From an uncultured Clostridia bacterium (GTDB taxonomy: Bacteria > Bacillota > Clostridia > Christensenellales > CAG-314): a stretch of 62,594 nt of DNA. The stretch covers positions 1 to 62,594 of the forward strand of contig CANQCN010000003.1 in the NCBI GenBank assembly GCA_947589685.1. Direction: 5' to 3'. The position numbers were made by a program, and so were the translations under genes. Shown in pieces: positions 17,571 through 27,799 of this stretch (within the stretch, counting starts at the first letter, position 1; each line of letters starts with the position of its first letter). The notes below the pieces were generated by a model. That model was not told the origin of the DNA and did not search any database. It saw only the letters and a list, made by a program, of their open reading frames with translations.

Positions 17571-19853
17571 ATGACGGGTATATACTATTCGATCGGCGCA
17601 TTCGGAGCGGCCGCCGTGATAGTCGCGGGCTTGCTTCTGAACAAAAAACTGCCGACAAAACTGAATATTGCGCTTAAAGTTTTTTCGTTGACGCTTGCTG
17701 CGGCGCTGTTCTTCCGTTATATGTTGGGACGAGAAGCGATCGCCGACGTGACGAGTTTGCAGCCCAACGAAACCTTTGCCGTAAAGGGATTGATAGCGGT
17801 GGCATTTTTTCAGGTGTGGTTTGCTTACGCCGCGGAAATGCTTGTAATTCTCGCGCCCTTTTTCAAGGTAAAGTCGCTGCCCGCGCTTGTGGCGTACGTC
17901 GCCCTGCCTATTTTTGTGTTCAACGCATTTTTGCTGCCGTCGCACATCATGGCTACGGCGGGCAACGCCGCGTTTGAGAGCTTTGATGTGCGCGCCGCGT
18001 TGTTGGCTGCGGAAACGGGACTCGGTCTGGGCTTTTCCGTTGTGTACACGATCGTCAATTCGGACAAGCTTCGTATGCGCGGCTCTGAGCGGCTGTGGTT
18101 CGCGCTTGCCGCCGTCGGTTGTATTTTGGCGGCGTTTCCGAGTTACGGCTTTCATTTGATGCTCGAACCTTTGGCATTTTATCCCGTGGACTTCAATTTC
18201 TACCACCGTTTGATGCTGTATCCCGCGGTGATAATTCCCGTGGCGTTGTTTGTGCTGCTCAGGGACAAGAGCTTCGAAACGAGACGCTTTGCATTGATGT
18301 ACTATGCCTGGCTGGGATTGCTCAACTTTTCGTTCAGTCACCGTTTCGTTGACTTTTTCGGTCCCGATTGGGTCACGACCTTGCCGCTGCACCTTTGTCA
18401 CACGGCGATGTACATCACCCCGCTGTGTCTCACGTTCAAATGGAAGAGGATTTTCTACTTTACCTATTTCATCAACGTGTTGGGGGCGTTTCTCGCGTTG
18501 ATATTGCCCAATACGGGCAGTCAAGCCATCTTCGACACGGGGATATGGTTATTTTATATGAATCACTATCACGCCTTTTATATGCCGTTGTTGGTGGTGG
18601 GCTTGGGTATTTTCCGCCGCCCGCGCTGGAAGGAATTTAAGTACAGCATGATAGGTTTTTCCGTCTATTTTGTGCTTATGCTGATAGTAAACGCCTGGTT
18701 CGTCAACTACAACGCAAGCGTAGACTACTTTTATCTCAACGGCGATTTTATCGTAAACAAATTGGGCAATTGGGCGGAAAGAACGCGCGAAATAGTGTGG
18801 AGTTTTCGTATAGGGGAGCTTACATTTACGTTTTACCCGTTGTATCAATTTCTTTTTCTCGTCGTGTACTACGGGTTTGCGTTCGGAATGTGGTTCATTT
18901 ACGAATTGGGCTACAACGTGGTGTCCGGTTGGCTGGACATAGCTCAACGCAACAAAAAAATACGCGCGGACAAGCTGGCGTTGGAGGTCAGGCTTGCGGG
19001 CAGAAGTATCGAGGAGCCGATGAATATGGAAAATACAAACAAACTTGTTCTCAACAATTTTACCAAGCGGTACGGCAGTTCCGACGTATATGCGGTCAAG
19101 GACGCAAACCTCGAAGTTTGCGGCGGACAGATATTCGGTTTTTTGGGACCCAACGGCGCGGGTAAATCCACGATAATCAAAAGCATCGTCGGCATACAGA
19201 CGATAACCGAAGGCTCGATAGAGGTGTGCGGTTACGATGTGGCTACGCAAAGCGTGCAGGCAAAGCGTCAAATAGGCTTTGTGCCCGATCACTACGCGCT
19301 TTACGAACGCCTTACCGCGCGCGAGTACATCAACTATATCGCCGACCTCTACGAGGTTTCCAAGGAGGATCGCGACGCGCGCATAGCGGCAATGGCGGAG
19401 CGCTTCGAGCTGACGCAGGCTCTGGACAACCCGATACGCACCTATTCGCACGGAATGAAGCAAAAGGTCACCATTATGGCGGCGCTCATTCACGACCCCA
19501 AGGTGTGGATATTGGACGAGCCGTTGACGGGACTTGACCCCAACAGCATTTTCCAGGTCAAGGAGTGCATGCGCGAGCATGCCGCGGCGGGCAATATCGT
19601 GTTCTTTTCCAGCCACATCATCGACGTGGTGGAGCGCATATGCGACAAGATCGCCATCATTCGCAAGGGGCAGATCCAATGCGTGCGCGACGTACATCAA
19701 ATGGAAGCGGACGGCGAAAGTCTCGAAGCCTTTTATATGTCGGTGATCAACGGCAGCGACGTACAGCCCGTTCCGGTAGAGGGCGCCGACAGCGGTCTGT
19801 CGGAAGCTAAAAAACGCCGCAAGGCGCGCAAAGGCGCGGAGGAAAAGCGGTGA
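17571..19853 (+). CDS. YwaF/TMEM164-like multi-pass membrane domain fused to ABC ATPase
   Basis: Many TM helices with LPLHLCH and DYFYLN, then GPNGAGKST, YSHGMKQK and ILDEPLTGLD. GAGG RBS before ATG 17571. Confidence 0.85.
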   Translation: MTGIYYSIGAFGAAAVIVAGLLLNKKLPTKLNIALKVFSLTLAAALFFRYMLGREAIADVTSLQPNETFAVKGLIAVAFFQVWFAYAAEMLVILAPFFKVKSLPALVAYVALPIFVFNAFLLPSHIMATAGNAAFESFDVRAALLAAETGLGLGFSVVYTIVNSDKLRMRGSERLWFALAAVGCILAAFPSYGFHLMLEPLAFYPVDFNFYHRLMLYPAVIIPVALFVLLRDKSFETRRFALMYYAWLGLLNFSFSHRFVDFFGPDWVTTLPLHLCHTAMYITPLCLTFKWKRIFYFTYFINVLGAFLALILPNTGSQAIFDTGIWLFYMNHYHAFYMPLLVVGLGIFRRPRWKEFKYSMIGFSVYFVLMLIVNAWFVNYNASVDYFYLNGDFIVNKLGNWAERTREIVWSFRIGELTFTFYPLYQFLFLVVYYGFAFGMWFIYELGYNVVSGWLDIAQRNKKIRADKLALEVRLAGRSIEEPMNMENTNKLVLNNFTKRYGSSDVYAVKDANLEVCGGQIFGFLGPNGAGKSTIIKSIVGIQTITEGSIEVCGYDVATQSVQAKRQIGFVPDHYALYERLTAREYINYIADLYEVSKEDRDARIAAMAERFELTQALDNPIRTYSHGMKQKVTIMAALIHDPKVWILDEPLTGLDPNSIFQVKECMREHAAAGNIVFFSSHIIDVVERICDKIAIIRKGQIQCVRDVHQMEADGESLEAFYMSVINGSDVQPVPVEGADSGLSEAKKRRKARKGAEEKR

Positions 19854-21505
19854 AAACATATCTGCGCGATCTGAAAACGCTGGTGATGATGCAGCTCAAA
19901 GACAAGTTGGACCTGTCCTTTGTGCGAAGCGTACGCTCCACCGTCATCAAGGCGACGTTGTCCGTATTGAAGCTTGCCGTCGCCGTAGTTGCGTTTTATC
20001 TGGTGTTTTTCGTCAGCAAGCTGCTGTCGGTATTCCGTCCTTTCGGCTACGTGCCGGATACGGTCGTAAACCTCATTTTTTCGCTCATTCAGCTGATGTC
20101 TGTCGTCACCTGCACGGTGGGGCTTGCCAAGACGCTGTATATGACGGCGGACAACAAGGTGTTGCTCACGCTTCCCGTAAGCGGCACTTGCGTGTATATG
20201 TCCAAGCTGATACTGTACTACATTTTCGAGCTTAAAAAGAACATCTCGCTCACTCTTCCGCTGTTTGTGGCTTACGGACTTTCCAACGACGCCGTGTGGT
20301 ACTATTACCCGTGGCTGCTGTTCTGCTTTGCGTTCATTTCGCTGGTCCCCGTGGCTATCGGCGCGGTCCTGTCCATACCGGCTATGTTTGCGGGCAGGTT
20401 TGTGGGACGTTTCAAGTGGCTGCAAGCCGTTCTCGCTTTGGCGGGAGCGACCGCCGTCACCGTCGCGTTGGTTTACCTTATCCGATTGATACCCGACAAC
20501 ATCAACATATTGGGTCAGTGGGCGGCTATCGCCGACGGCATCGAAAAGTTTCTCAACAGATCGGCAAAGATCTTTGCGCCTTACTACTATCTCACCTTGA
20601 TGATAGCGGGCGGCACCATGCGCGTAGGGGGCAAGCTGTTGCAGGGCGACAACTTTGTGTATTTGGGCATAATGCTTGCCGTCGTTGCGGCTCTTGTCGC
20701 CGCGTCTTTCTTTGCGGCGAGACCGTTGTTCGTATATATGGCGTCCAAGCAATTCGAGTACGAAAAGCGCGCCGTCAAAGCGAAAAACAACCGCGTACAC
20801 CGTCGCAGGATTAGTCCGTTTTTCGAATCCATGCAAATGGATCTGCGTTCGGGCACATTTGTGATAGGTTCCTTTATCCAACTTGTGCTGCCCGCGATAG
20901 CGATATTGCTGCTCAACAAGCTTTATGCGGCGATGAACACCAACTATTCGGGGCAGGTGATGACCAAAACCTTCAATTTGCTCGTTATGCTCGTGATGAC
21001 GTTGGCGTTCAACAACAGCTACGCCTCGGTGTACAGCCGCGAGGGCGCGGCGCGCAATCTGTTGAAAACCCGTCCGCAAAAGCCCGTTTACACGCTGTTC
21101 GGACGTATAGCGTTTCGTGCCGTCGTCATTTTGCTTTCCTGTATAGCGGCAACGGCGGTGTATCTTGACGCTTCCACCGCGGAAAGCGACCAGATAATAC
21201 TAATGGGAGCAGTCACCTTGCTTGCGAGCGAATCGCACTTGCTGTGGTGCGCGGATATGGATCTGATGAACAGCTTTGCCGACCAATACCAAACGGTGGG
21301 CGTACAGTTCGACAGTCCCAACGAGCGCAACGCGACGGTCATCGGATTTTTGCTTGCGGCGGCGTTTGCGTTCTTTTACTACTTTTTGTCGGACAGGGGC
21401 GAGTTTGCGTCTCTTGTGAAAATCGCCCTTGCGGCTTTGGCGTTGCTGATAGTTCGGGTGTATCTGTTTGTCACCCGTTCCAAGCTGTACTTTGCGGAGA
21501 AATAG
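19850..21505 (+). CDS. Putative ABC-2 type exporter permease
   Basis: About 12 TM segments, DNKVLLTLP and SREG...LLKTRP motifs, GTGA overlap with the upstream gene. Confidence 0.8.
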   Translation: MKTYLRDLKTLVMMQLKDKLDLSFVRSVRSTVIKATLSVLKLAVAVVAFYLVFFVSKLLSVFRPFGYVPDTVVNLIFSLIQLMSVVTCTVGLAKTLYMTADNKVLLTLPVSGTCVYMSKLILYYIFELKKNISLTLPLFVAYGLSNDAVWYYYPWLLFCFAFISLVPVAIGAVLSIPAMFAGRFVGRFKWLQAVLALAGATAVTVALVYLIRLIPDNINILGQWAAIADGIEKFLNRSAKIFAPYYYLTLMIAGGTMRVGGKLLQGDNFVYLGIMLAVVAALVAASFFAARPLFVYMASKQFEYEKRAVKAKNNRVHRRRISPFFESMQMDLRSGTFVIGSFIQLVLPAIAILLLNKLYAAMNTNYSGQVMTKTFNLLVMLVMTLAFNNSYASVYSREGAARNLLKTRPQKPVYTLFGRIAFRAVVILLSCIAATAVYLDASTAESDQIILMGAVTLLASESHLLWCADMDLMNSFADQYQTVGVQFDSPNERNATVIGFLLAAAFAFFYYFLSDRGEFASLVKIALAALALLIVRVYLFVTRSKLYFAEK

Positions 21506-21508
21506 ACT

Positions 21509-21973
21509 ATGAAGAAATCTACCGTTATCATACTTTTGATAGTTTTTCTCGGCTCGGTACTTGTAGTGGGCATTTTCGGTATGAAATCCATTCCGTATGA
21601 CAATATTGTGTTTATGGAGGAGATCACTCCCACGAGCATTTCCGTTTCCGACGGCGAGACCCCGGATATATTGCAGTCGGAGGACGGCACCTATTACGTC
21701 GTTCTCAGCAAAAACAAATTCGAGGACGGACTCAAAGTCAACATCAGTTGGAGCACCGCTCCTTTGGATTGCACCTACAAGGATCTCAGCGTCAAGATAA
21801 TCACGGACGACATCAACGACATTCCCTGCGACCCCATTCCCGAAAGAGTAAGTCAATGGCGCGGAGCGCTTGTTTTTCACGAGCCGAGAGCGCTGCGTTT
21901 GCGCTTTTCCGCCACAGATAAGAGCCATGGCGCCACAATGGAAATACTGATAATGTTCAGTTCTCAGATGTAA
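21509..21973 (+). CDS. Hypothetical membrane-anchored beta-rich (Ig-like) protein
   Basis: N-terminal TM/signal segment, 3 nt after the permease stop. Confidence 0.7.
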   Translation: MKKSTVIILLIVFLGSVLVVGIFGMKSIPYDNIVFMEEITPTSISVSDGETPDILQSEDGTYYVVLSKNKFEDGLKVNISWSTAPLDCTYKDLSVKIITDDINDIPCDPIPERVSQWRGALVFHEPRALRLRFSATDKSHGATMEILIMFSSQM

Positions 21974-22062
21974 CAATGATAACGCGCGGCGCGTTTCGGG
22001 CGCATTTCGCGTTGTATTGTATAAAAACAACAAAAAGATTTAAGGAGTAAAAAGGAAAAGAC

Positions 22063-25000
22063 ATGAAAAAAAGATTATCTTTGTTGATAGCTCTTGTTCT
22101 CACAGCGGTAATGGTTTTACCTTTGATTACTGCCTGCGACAAAGACAAAACTGTCACAAATATCGACTTTGTCGACCCGAAAAAAGATTATCGCGTCGGC
22201 GAAACGATAGAATACGACGATCTCGAAGTAAAGATCACCTACGACGACGGATCGCAAGATACCAAAACGGTGGCGGAGCTTACCAAAAACGGAGCTACGC
22301 TTCACAAGGCGGATCTGTCCAAGGCGGGAAATACCTACTATTCGTTGTCCTACAAAGGGGCGATCGCCCGCGTGAATATTGTTGTCTCCGCAAGCTCGGA
22401 CACGCCCGTCGTTACGTACACGGTCACCTTCAAATACAACGACAACAAGACCAGCGACACGACCGAACAGGTGGAGGCAAACGGCGTTCTCGGCGACAAG
22501 CTGCCAACTCCCGAACGCGAAGGATACACCTTTGTCGGTTGGTTCACAGATATTGACGGCAACACCAAGTGGGACAAAACGACCCACGTTCAGGGCAACA
22601 CGACGCTCTATGCCCGCTGGCAGCAAAACGTAACGGAGAAAGTCACCGTCACCTATATGTTGAACGACGGCGAAAGCAGCGAGCCTTATTTCACAAAGGA
22701 GATCAACAAGGACACGGCGATAGATTCTCATCCCGCCGCGCCCGTTCGTGACGGATTTACTTTCGTCGGTTGGTTTACCGAGGCGGAAAACGGCTCGGAG
22801 TGGGATATCGAAGCTCTCGTGGAAGAGGATCTTACCCTTTACGCCCATTGGACGGAGGGCGGCGGCGCTCAGACGACGCAATTTACCGTTACTCTCAAAT
22901 ATTGCGACGGGACCACAAGCGACGGCTCGGTGGTGGTAAACGAGGGCGAGGCTCTCGGCGACAAGCTGCCGTCCGCACCCGTTTGGGCGGAGCACACGTT
23001 CCTCGGTTGGTATACTGCCGAGAGCGAGGGCGGCGACAAATGGGAAAGCGCAACTCCCGTAACGGCAAATCTGACCTTGTTTGCCCGTTGGCAGGAGATC
23101 GTTCGCAAGCAGTACACCGTGACGTTTGTATTTCACGACAACAAAACTGCGGATCTGAAAGTGGAAATTTACGAAAACAGCGCCATCGGCAACGCCTGGC
23201 CGCAAGATCCCGTTTGGAAGGATCACGAATTTCTCGGTTGGTTTACGCAAGAGCAGGGCGGCGACGAAAGGGACCGCGAGTTTATCGTCACCTCCGACGT
23301 CACCTTGCACGCTCAATGGGAAACATTGGTGCAGCCTCCCGAAATAATCGCCTTTGAGTTCAACCAGGGTTACAGCGACTACGTAGCCAAGTCCACCCGT
23401 GCCGACGACGTCGAAGAGGGACGCGCCGACTTCCGCGTGACGGGACTTCCCTACGAGGTGGGCAACGTCAACGGCTTCTCATTTGTGCCCAGAGTTACCG
23501 CGTCGATAGACGGAAAGATCGAAACGATACTCGATCCCGAAGTAAACGCCAAGGTGTACGCCAAAGATACCAAGGAAAGCGATTACGTTGAATTAAAAGG
23601 CGCGGAGCTTGAAAACATCGTGACAAAAACGGGCAACAACTACAAATTTACCGAGCAAGCCGCGGACAAATATATCCGTTTGGAGCTTTCGTTGGATCCG
23701 AGCGCGTACGATCTGGAAGCTCTTGCAAAGAAAACGCTCACCGTGGACTTTGTCGTTGTGGACAACGCCTACAATGTGTACGATCAAACGGGACTTTCCG
23801 TCATGGCGGACCTCGAAAAGCGCGCCTGGTCGGAGATATGGGGCTGCGACACGCGAATAAACGGCAACAATGTCGAATTGATACCCAACGCCGATTCCAA
23901 GCGTTTCCCCTGGGACGACGACTATCTCTGCAACTATGTGGACAAGATCGATTGGGTCATACTTCACAACAGTATCGAGTTGGATCCAGATGATATGCCG
24001 TCGCTGTATTTCTGGACAAGCGACGAGGGCAAGGAAACGAGCGTATTGTACAAAGAGGCTTACGACAGCCTTGCGCATGGCGGCACAGCCGCGGCGCCTT
24101 TTGCGGATAAGCTTGTCGGCACGCTGCGCGACGGCGCGAACCTAAGTGCGGACAGCTCGGAAAATATCTATGGCGACGCCAACTATTGCCGCGTAATGGA
24201 CGTCAAACGCGTGGAATACAGCGGCATTGAGATACAAGGTCAGCATGGTGTGGAGACAAACATTGAGCTCAACATGGCAAAGGGTCTGTTTACCACCAAG
24301 CGCGTAAGCGTTTCCGGCAACTACCAGACCGTATCCTACACAAAGCACGATCCCGATACAGAAAGAACCGAACACGGCAGATTGCTTGTGACCTATTGTG
24401 ATTACAGCGGAACAGCCGTCACCGATCCCGTATCTCATTGGAGCGTGTTCCAGATGATTCAAAGCCGTGTGCCGGGCGCAGAGCAACGTAAATTTGCGAT
24501 CAAGAATGTCGGATTTGACGGCAACAACGGCGTAAACGAAGTCGGTTCGTCCGATTTTCACTACGCGGGGCTTATGATGAGTTCCAGCTATACGTCGGAT
24601 ATTTCTTACAGCAACACTTATGCGAGCAATTTCTACGTCAACGTAGTGCAGGACAACTACGGCGATTTCACCTTTGTCAACGAAAAATTCGATGAAAACG
24701 GCCCCGCTCAAAACTCCGTGGTGTCGATCGAAAACAGCAAGTTCTACTACGCTTACTCCAACATGACCTTTATGTGGCGTGGACACATCATCGTCAAAAA
24801 CAGCGAAATGATCGGCTCCGGCGGTCCCATATTCATTATGTGCGATGCGAGTAATAGCGATCACGTCGGAGCCACATCAGCAGTTACGCCCAATCAAGAG
24901 GACAATCCCAAAGAACAAATAGAAGGGTATGGCAAAACCGATGTGGGAGGTCCCCAACTTGAAATGGACGCCAAGAGCGTATTCCAAGCGTATGCAACAG

Positions 25001-25707
25001 GTAGTGAAAGCTGGTACGGAATTTACCATGCGGAGCCATTGTTTACGTTGATAAAGAGTGAGCTTGACGGAAAACTTCTGCGGCAGCAACTTGGAAAAAC
25101 CGTGACTTTCTCCAATGAAAAAGGCGACGGATATGTAAATGTTATCGCAGTAATTATTCCCGACGCGGAAAATATTTTTAATGGCAAAAAGTTTGAAAAT
25201 GCGTCGGAAAAATTGGACGTTCGCGGTGTGGTCACACAAAGAGATGACGACGACAACGAGATAAACAAGTTCGCAATGCACAACAACTTCATTATGACTG
25301 CACGTCGATTTGCTTCGGGCAATGCCGCGAAATATCCGATATATATGGAGAGCGGCAAAGCTGCTTTGATTTATGATAGTAATGCTACCGGAAGAGGAGC
25401 TTTGTGGAACAATTCGCAAGTTGAACTGTCTTATTACTTTATGTTGCCCACGCAAACGGTTCCCGCTTATTACGCTATGCAAGGCATGCTTGCAATGGTG
25501 CAAAATGAAACAACTCAACAAAAGATTGCAGAGTATCAAGAAAAAGCAACATTTGGCGTAGCAGACTTACTTGCTTGGCGACAAGAAACCAGCGAGCTTG
25601 CGTGCTTGTATTTGTCCGCGGGAGCGCTTCCGGGGTCCAATGCACCCGACGCGCCCTATTTCGGCGTGGTGTTGCAGATAGGCGACTACACGCCCACGGA
25701 GGGTTAA
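22063..25707 (+). CDS. 1214-aa lipoprotein: Ig-like domain, four InlB B-repeats, large unknown C-terminal domain
   Basis: Lipobox ITAC, four YTVTF...P...F(V/L)GW(F/Y)T...TLxAxW units (about 22417-23319). Confidence 0.88.
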   Translation: MKKRLSLLIALVLTAVMVLPLITACDKDKTVTNIDFVDPKKDYRVGETIEYDDLEVKITYDDGSQDTKTVAELTKNGATLHKADLSKAGNTYYSLSYKGAIARVNIVVSASSDTPVVTYTVTFKYNDNKTSDTTEQVEANGVLGDKLPTPEREGYTFVGWFTDIDGNTKWDKTTHVQGNTTLYARWQQNVTEKVTVTYMLNDGESSEPYFTKEINKDTAIDSHPAAPVRDGFTFVGWFTEAENGSEWDIEALVEEDLTLYAHWTEGGGAQTTQFTVTLKYCDGTTSDGSVVVNEGEALGDKLPSAPVWAEHTFLGWYTAESEGGDKWESATPVTANLTLFARWQEIVRKQYTVTFVFHDNKTADLKVEIYENSAIGNAWPQDPVWKDHEFLGWFTQEQGGDERDREFIVTSDVTLHAQWETLVQPPEIIAFEFNQGYSDYVAKSTRADDVEEGRADFRVTGLPYEVGNVNGFSFVPRVTASIDGKIETILDPEVNAKVYAKDTKESDYVELKGAELENIVTKTGNNYKFTEQAADKYIRLELSLDPSAYDLEALAKKTLTVDFVVVDNAYNVYDQTGLSVMADLEKRAWSEIWGCDTRINGNNVELIPNADSKRFPWDDDYLCNYVDKIDWVILHNSIELDPDDMPSLYFWTSDEGKETSVLYKEAYDSLAHGGTAAAPFADKLVGTLRDGANLSADSSENIYGDANYCRVMDVKRVEYSGIEIQGQHGVETNIELNMAKGLFTTKRVSVSGNYQTVSYTKHDPDTERTEHGRLLVTYCDYSGTAVTDPVSHWSVFQMIQSRVPGAEQRKFAIKNVGFDGNNGVNEVGSSDFHYAGLMMSSSYTSDISYSNTYASNFYVNVVQDNYGDFTFVNEKFDENGPAQNSVVSIENSKFYYAYSNMTFMWRGHIIVKNSEMIGSGGPIFIMCDASNSDHVGATSAVTPNQEDNPKEQIEGYGKTDVGGPQLEMDAKSVFQAYATGSESWYGIYHAEPLFTLIKSELDGKLLRQQLGKTVTFSNEKGDGYVNVIAVIIPDAENIFNGKKFENASEKLDVRGVVTQRDDDDNEINKFAMHNNFIMTARRFASGNAAKYPIYMESGKAALIYDSNATGRGALWNNSQVELSYYFMLPTQTVPAYYAMQGMLAMVQNETTQQKIAEYQEKATFGVADLLAWRQETSELACLYLSAGALPGSNAPDAPYFGVVLQIGDYTPTEG

Positions 25708-25748
25708 GCGCAAACAAAAACCGCAAAAAATGCCAATGGGGTAAAAAA

Positions 25749-25780
25749 CAAGACGGAAGCCAACCGCTTCCGTCTTGCTT
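25749..25780. terminator. Bidirectional terminator
   Basis: CAAGACGGAAGC/GCTTCCGTCTTG stem between convergent genes. Confidence 0.75.
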
Positions 25781-25782
25781 TA

Positions 25783-26409
25783 TCAAATGGAATTTTTCGA
25801 GTATACGCACCCGCAATAGTGTTGCCTATACAGTCCGTATTTTTGCGACAGTCGTATGCTTTCGTTGTAGCCGTTTTGTTTTTTGAAGTCGCTCGGCAGC
25901 CATTTGAGCGAGGGCGTTTGCAGCGACAGTCCTATCTCGTTCAGCATTTGACTGTTTTTGTAGGGGGATACCGTCAAGGTGGTGCCGAAGTAGTCAAAAC
26001 CGTTTTGTTCGGCGTAGGCAGCGGCGTCGCCCAGCCTCAACGCAAAGCATTGCGCGCAGCGCGCTCCGCCCTCTCTTTCCTTTTCCAGCCCTTGTGCCCG
26101 CTCGAAGTAGCGTTGCGCGTCGAGATCTTGCACAACAAGCTTCAACGGTCGCAGCGGTCGGATCTCGAAAGCTCCGTCGTTGACTATCTGCGCCAGCTTG
26201 CGCACTTCGCCGAGACGTTTTTCCCACTCCTCCGCGTCGGTGATGTTGTCGTTGGCGTAGTAGAGGGTCACCTCAAACGCGTCCGCAAGGCGTAGCAGAC
26301 ACGCCGTGGCGCAGGGCGCGCAGCACACATGCAACAGCAACTTGGGCGGCTTGGACGCTTTTGCTTGGCTTTTCAGTTGTTCAAATTGTTTGTCGAAATT
26401 GATATTCAC
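25783..26409 (-). CDS. queH: Epoxyqueuosine reductase QueH
   Basis: LLLHVCCAPC, RCAQCF, TTLTVSPYKN, YRQHYCGC. Confidence 0.93.
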   Translation of the reverse strand: MNINFDKQFEQLKSQAKASKPPKLLLHVCCAPCATACLLRLADAFEVTLYYANDNITDAEEWEKRLGEVRKLAQIVNDGAFEIRPLRPLKLVVQDLDAQRYFERAQGLEKEREGGARCAQCFALRLGDAAAYAEQNGFDYFGTTLTVSPYKNSQMLNEIGLSLQTPSLKWLPSDFKKQNGYNESIRLSQKYGLYRQHYCGCVYSKNSI

Positions 26410-27002
26410 TATTCTTTTACTCGCACTCTCAACGGTATTCCGAGCTTTTGCGCCAATTTTTTACATTCGACTACGTCTTTGTCGCCTATGCTGTCCACAA
26501 CGGAAAAAATGACGTTGCCGCCCTTTTCCTTGCATTTTTGAGCAAATTCCAACAGCGCGTCGAAAGCCTTTTGCCCGAAAACGCTGTTGCAGTGCAGTTG
26601 ATATTTTTGCGCGTTGCACTCGTTTAGAGAGACGTTTATTACGTCGCAACTTGTAACTATGACGTCCGTCACGTCGCCGTTGTGTATCAAGTTGGCTTGG
26701 CCGTTGGTGTTTATGCGCGTTTTTTTGTCCACGCAGTGCAAGTAGCTTGCCACTTCGTCCAACGCTTCCAAGTTGTAGGTCGGTTCGCCGAAGCCGCAAA
26801 ACACGACTTCCTCGTCGTATTCGTTCAAGTTTGCGGGCAGTTGACTTATCACGTCCAAAGCTACGGGGTCGCGCGTTATCCACAGCGGAGTGTTTTCCAT
26901 ACCTTCTCGCCCTTGACGTATGCAAAAGTCACAGCTGTTACTGCAACGATTTGTCAAATTGATGTAAATTTTGTTTTTTATTGTGTAAACGTAGTTGTCC
27001 AT
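26409..27002 (-). CDS. TatD-associated radical SAM protein
   Basis: YINLTNRCSNSCDFC, EVVFCGFGEPT, RINTNG, downstream of tatD. Confidence 0.9.
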   Translation of the reverse strand: MDNYVYTIKNKIYINLTNRCSNSCDFCIRQGREGMENTPLWITRDPVALDVISQLPANLNEYDEEVVFCGFGEPTYNLEALDEVASYLHCVDKKTRINTNGQANLIHNGDVTDVIVTSCDVINVSLNECNAQKYQLHCNSVFGQKAFDALLEFAQKCKEKGGNVIFSVVDSIGDKDVVECKKLAQKLGIPLRVRVKE

Positions 27003-27016
27003 TGTTGATTTTTGCG

Positions 27017-27799
27017 TCAGTTGTTCAAATATTCGGCTATCTTGCCGAAGTATCTCAATGTGTTGTCGCGTATTTGCGTTTCCATTGCGGGGCAATCGAT
27101 TTGGTAAATTTCCGCGAGCTTTTTTACGATGATGGGAATGTTTAGCGGAGTGTTTATACTGCCGCGCAGCGGCACGGGCGCCATATAGGGGCTGTCCGTT
27201 TCGGAAAGCACTCTGTCAATGGGTATTTGCCGCAAAACTTCTTCTTTGTGCGCGTTTTTGAAGGTGATCGCGCCTCCGAATGCAAAGTAGTGTCCTTCTT
27301 TTACCGCTTGGCGCGCAAACTCCGCGCTTCCGCCGTAACAGTGCCACAGCACTCCGTTGTTGAGATATTTTTTTTGCGCGCGCAGTATGTCCCAAGCGTC
27401 GCCGTATGCGTCGCGTATGTGCAGCTGCAAGGGCAAGCCGTAGCTGTCCGCCAACTCTATCTGTGCGGCGAACACGTCCCTTTGCGTGGCTCTGTCGGAT
27501 ATATCGTAGTGGTAGTCCAAGCCTATTTCTCCCACGGCGACGACCTTCGGGTGCGAGGCAAGCTCCGTCATTTTCGCCGCGAAAGCGTCGTCGAAGCTTT
27601 TGCTGTCGTGAGGGTGCATGCCCACCGTGGCAAACACTATTTCAAAGCGTTCAGCCAATTTGACTCCCGCAAGCATTGTGGGCAGATCGCAGCTGTTGTT
27701 TATGACGAATTCTATCCCCTTTTGCTCGCATTCGGCTATTATTTTGTCAACGTCGTCGGCAAGCTTGGGGTCGTCGAGGTGTAGATGAGTATCCAGCAT
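27017..27799 (-). CDS. tatD: TatD family nuclease
   Basis: DTHLH, GMHP, VGEIGLDY, HCY, ETDSPY. Confidence 0.95.
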   Translation of the reverse strand: MLDTHLHLDDPKLADDVDKIIAECEQKGIEFVINNSCDLPTMLAGVKLAERFEIVFATVGMHPHDSKSFDDAFAAKMTELASHPKVVAVGEIGLDYHYDISDRATQRDVFAAQIELADSYGLPLQLHIRDAYGDAWDILRAQKKYLNNGVLWHCYGGSAEFARQAVKEGHYFAFGGAITFKNAHKEEVLRQIPIDRVLSETDSPYMAPVPLRGSINTPLNIPIIVKKLAEIYQIDCPAMETQIRDNTLRYFGKIAEYLNN

